Both the position numbers and the translations under genes were made by a program. DNA of 64,000 nucleotides from the human T2T-CHM13v2.0 reference genome, Homo sapiens: the NCBI RefSeq assembly GCF_009914755.1, contig NC_060947.1. One strand, written 5' to 3'. Of the stretch, positions 62,101 to 64,000 are shown piece by piece (positions within the stretch are counted from its first letter, which is position 1; the number at the start of each line of letters is the position of its first letter). The notes beneath the pieces were generated by a model that was not told the DNA's origin, did no database searches, and saw nothing but the letters and a program-made list of their open reading frames with translations.

Positions 62101-64000
62101 GCAAACCTGAACTATCAAAGGAAGGTTCAACTCTGTGAGTTGAATACAAACATCACAAAGAATGTTCTGAGTTTGCTTCCGTTCAGTTATGGGAAGCTGA
62201 TCCCGTTTCCAACGAAATCCTCAGAGAGGCCCAAATATCCCCTTGCAGATTCTACAAAACGTGTGTTTGGAAACTGCTCCATCATAACGAATGTTCAGCT
62301 CCCTGAGTTAAACTCCATCGTCACAAAGAATTTTCTGAGAGTGCTACCGTCTGGTTTTTATATGAAGTTCTTTCCTTCACTACCACTGGCCTCAAAGCGG
62401 TCCAAATCTCCACTTGCAGATTCTACAAAAAGAGTGTTTGCAAACTGCTCTATCAAAAGGAATGTTCAACTCTGGGAGTTGAATGCAATCATCACAGAGC
62501 AGTTTCTGAGAATGCTTCTATGTCGTTTTTAGGAGAAGATATTTCCTTTTCCAACACAGTCCTCCAAGCCCGCTAAATAGCCACTTGCACATTGTAGAAA
62601 AAGTGTGTCAAAGCTGCGCTATCAAAGGGAAAGTTCAACTCTGTGAGGTGAATGCAAACATCCCAAAGAAGTTTCTGAGAATGCTTCCGTTTAGCTTTTA
62701 GGTGAAGATTATCCCGTTTCCAACGAAACCTTCAAAGAGGTCCAAATATCCCCTTGCGGATCCCACAGAAAGAGTGTTTCGAAACTGCTGTTTCAAAAGG
62801 AATCTTCAACTCTGTGAGTTGAATGCAATCATCACAAAGAAGTTTCTGACAATGCTTCTCTCTCGTCTTTCTGTGAAGATAAAGGAAAAGGCTTTCAGAC
62901 CTTTTCCACCACAGGCCTGAAAGCGCTCCAAATGTCCACTTGCAGATTCTGCGAAAAGAATATTTCAAAACTGCTCTATGAAAAGCAATGTTAAACTCTG
63001 TGGCTCGAACACAAACATCACAAAGCAGTTTCTGAGAATGCTTCAGTTTAGTTTTTCTGTGGAAATATTCCCGTTTCCAAAGAAATCTTCAAAGAGGTCC
63101 ACGTATCCACTTACAGATTCTACAAAAAGACAGTTTCAAAACTGCTCCATCAAAAGGAGGGTTCAACTGTGTGACTTGAATGCAATCATCACTCAGAAGT
63201 TTCTGAGAATGCTTCTCTTTAGTTTTTACGTGAACATATACCCGTTTCGAACGAAGGCCACCCAGTGGTCCAAATATCCACTTGCAGATTCTACAGAAAG
63301 AGTGTTTCGAACCTGAACTCTCAAAGGCAGGTTCATCTCTGCGAGTTAAATGCATTCATCATGAAGAACTTTCTCAGAGTGTTTGTGTTTAGTTATGGGA
63401 AATTATTCCCGTTTCCAACGAAATCCTCAGAGAGCTCCAAATATCCACCTGCAGATTCTACCAAAAGTGTATTTGGAAACTGCTCCATCAAAAGGCATGT
63501 TCAGCTCTGTGAGTGAAACTCCATCATCACAAAGAATATTCTGAGAATGCTTCCGTTTGCCTTTTATATGAAGTTCCTTCCTGTACTACCGTAAGCCTCA
63601 AAGCAGTCCAAATCTCCATTTGCAGATTCTATAAAAAGAGTGATTCCAATCTGCTCTATCAATAGGATTGTTCAACTCCATGAGTTGAATGCCATCCTCA
63701 CAAAGTAGTTTCTGAGAATGCTTCTATCTGGTTTTTGTGTGAAGATATTTCCTTTTCCACCACAGTCCTCAAAGCCCTCCAAACGTCCACTTGCAGATTC
63801 TCGAAAAAGAGTGTTTCATAGCTGCTCTTTCAAAAGGAAAGTTCAACTCTGGGAGTTGAATACAAACATCACAAAGTAGTTTCCGAGAATGCTTCTGTTT
63901 AGTTTTTATGTGAAGATGATCCCGTTTCCAGTGAAATCTTCAAAGAGGTCCACATATCCCCTTGCAGATTCCAAAGAAAGAGGGTTTCAAAACTGCTCCA

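Larger units (their letters stand above)
1..64000 (-). repeat. DXZ1: Centromeric alpha-satellite HOR array: 12-mer, 2057-bp unit, about 31 copies; most likely human chrX DXZ1
   Basis: Alphoid motifs recur every ~171 bp (TTCAACTCTGTGAGTTGAAT, TTTCTGAGAATGCTTC, CCACTTGCAGATTC). The whole pattern repeats with a period of 2057 bp (variants 2054, 2055, 2077) read from ORF-anchor spacing. One GGATCC per unit. CENP-B boxes read on the minus strand. A 2.0-kb BamHI 12-mer is the established signature of DXZ1. Not confirmed by alignment. Confidence 0.95.

Noticed and set aside
127-63516. Hundreds of short ORFs (60-157 aa) repeating every ~2057 bp on both strands
   Set aside because: Chance open frames in alpha satellite. 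The peptides echo the 171-bp monomer, many depend on GTG/TTG starts, and frames are freely made and broken by indels and stops between copies. No recognisable protein domain.
1-64000. CRISPR-like regular short repeats such as TTTCTGAGAATGCTTC
   Set aside because: The intervening sequences are homologous monomer parts, not unique spacers, and there are no cas genes.
1-64000. Transposon insertion, inversion, or truncated or extended HORs (non-12-mer)
   Set aside because: Every anchor spacing is 2054-2077 bp with constant orientation, leaving no room for an L1 or Alu insertion or for gain or loss of a monomer.
1-64000. A previously undescribed gene or enzyme system
   Set aside because: Nothing in the window supports one. 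It is a well-known centromeric repeat, and any novelty is limited to variant architecture.

Overview
All 64 kb is one uninterrupted, single-orientation array of primate centromeric alpha-satellite DNA. About 171-bp monomers are organised into a 12-monomer higher-order repeat (HOR) of 2057 bp, present about 31.1 times, with one BamHI site per HOR and a 5+5+2 (BBBAA-BA-BBBAA) monomer layout. These properties match the human X-chromosome centromeric array DXZ1 (suprachromosomal family 3); this is recognition from known properties, not an alignment. I see no genes, RNA genes, transposon insertions, inversions or whole-monomer deletions, and the ORF track is a repeat artefact. I found no new gene system. 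The informative signal is in the variants between HOR copies: (i) an 8225-bp four-HOR super-repeat present about three times (about 34-56 kb), marked by private HindIII sites, loss of CENP-B boxes and consensus-like alleles; (ii) a 4114-bp two-HOR duplication; (iii) a run of 2055-bp variant HORs with dispersed relatives; (iv) a private 20-bp tandem duplication; (v) mosaic HORs; (vi) two overlapping inverted repeats in the long monomer of each HOR, where variants cluster. HOR units are numbered U1-U32 using the recurring 67-aa ORF start as an anchor: 127, 2181, 4238, 6295, 8352, 10409, 12466, 14523, 16580, 18635, 20690, 22745, 24800, 26857, 28914, 30968, 33025, 35082, 37136, 39193, 41250, 43307, 45361, 47418, 49475, 51532, 53586, 55663, 57720, 59775, 61832, about 63889.
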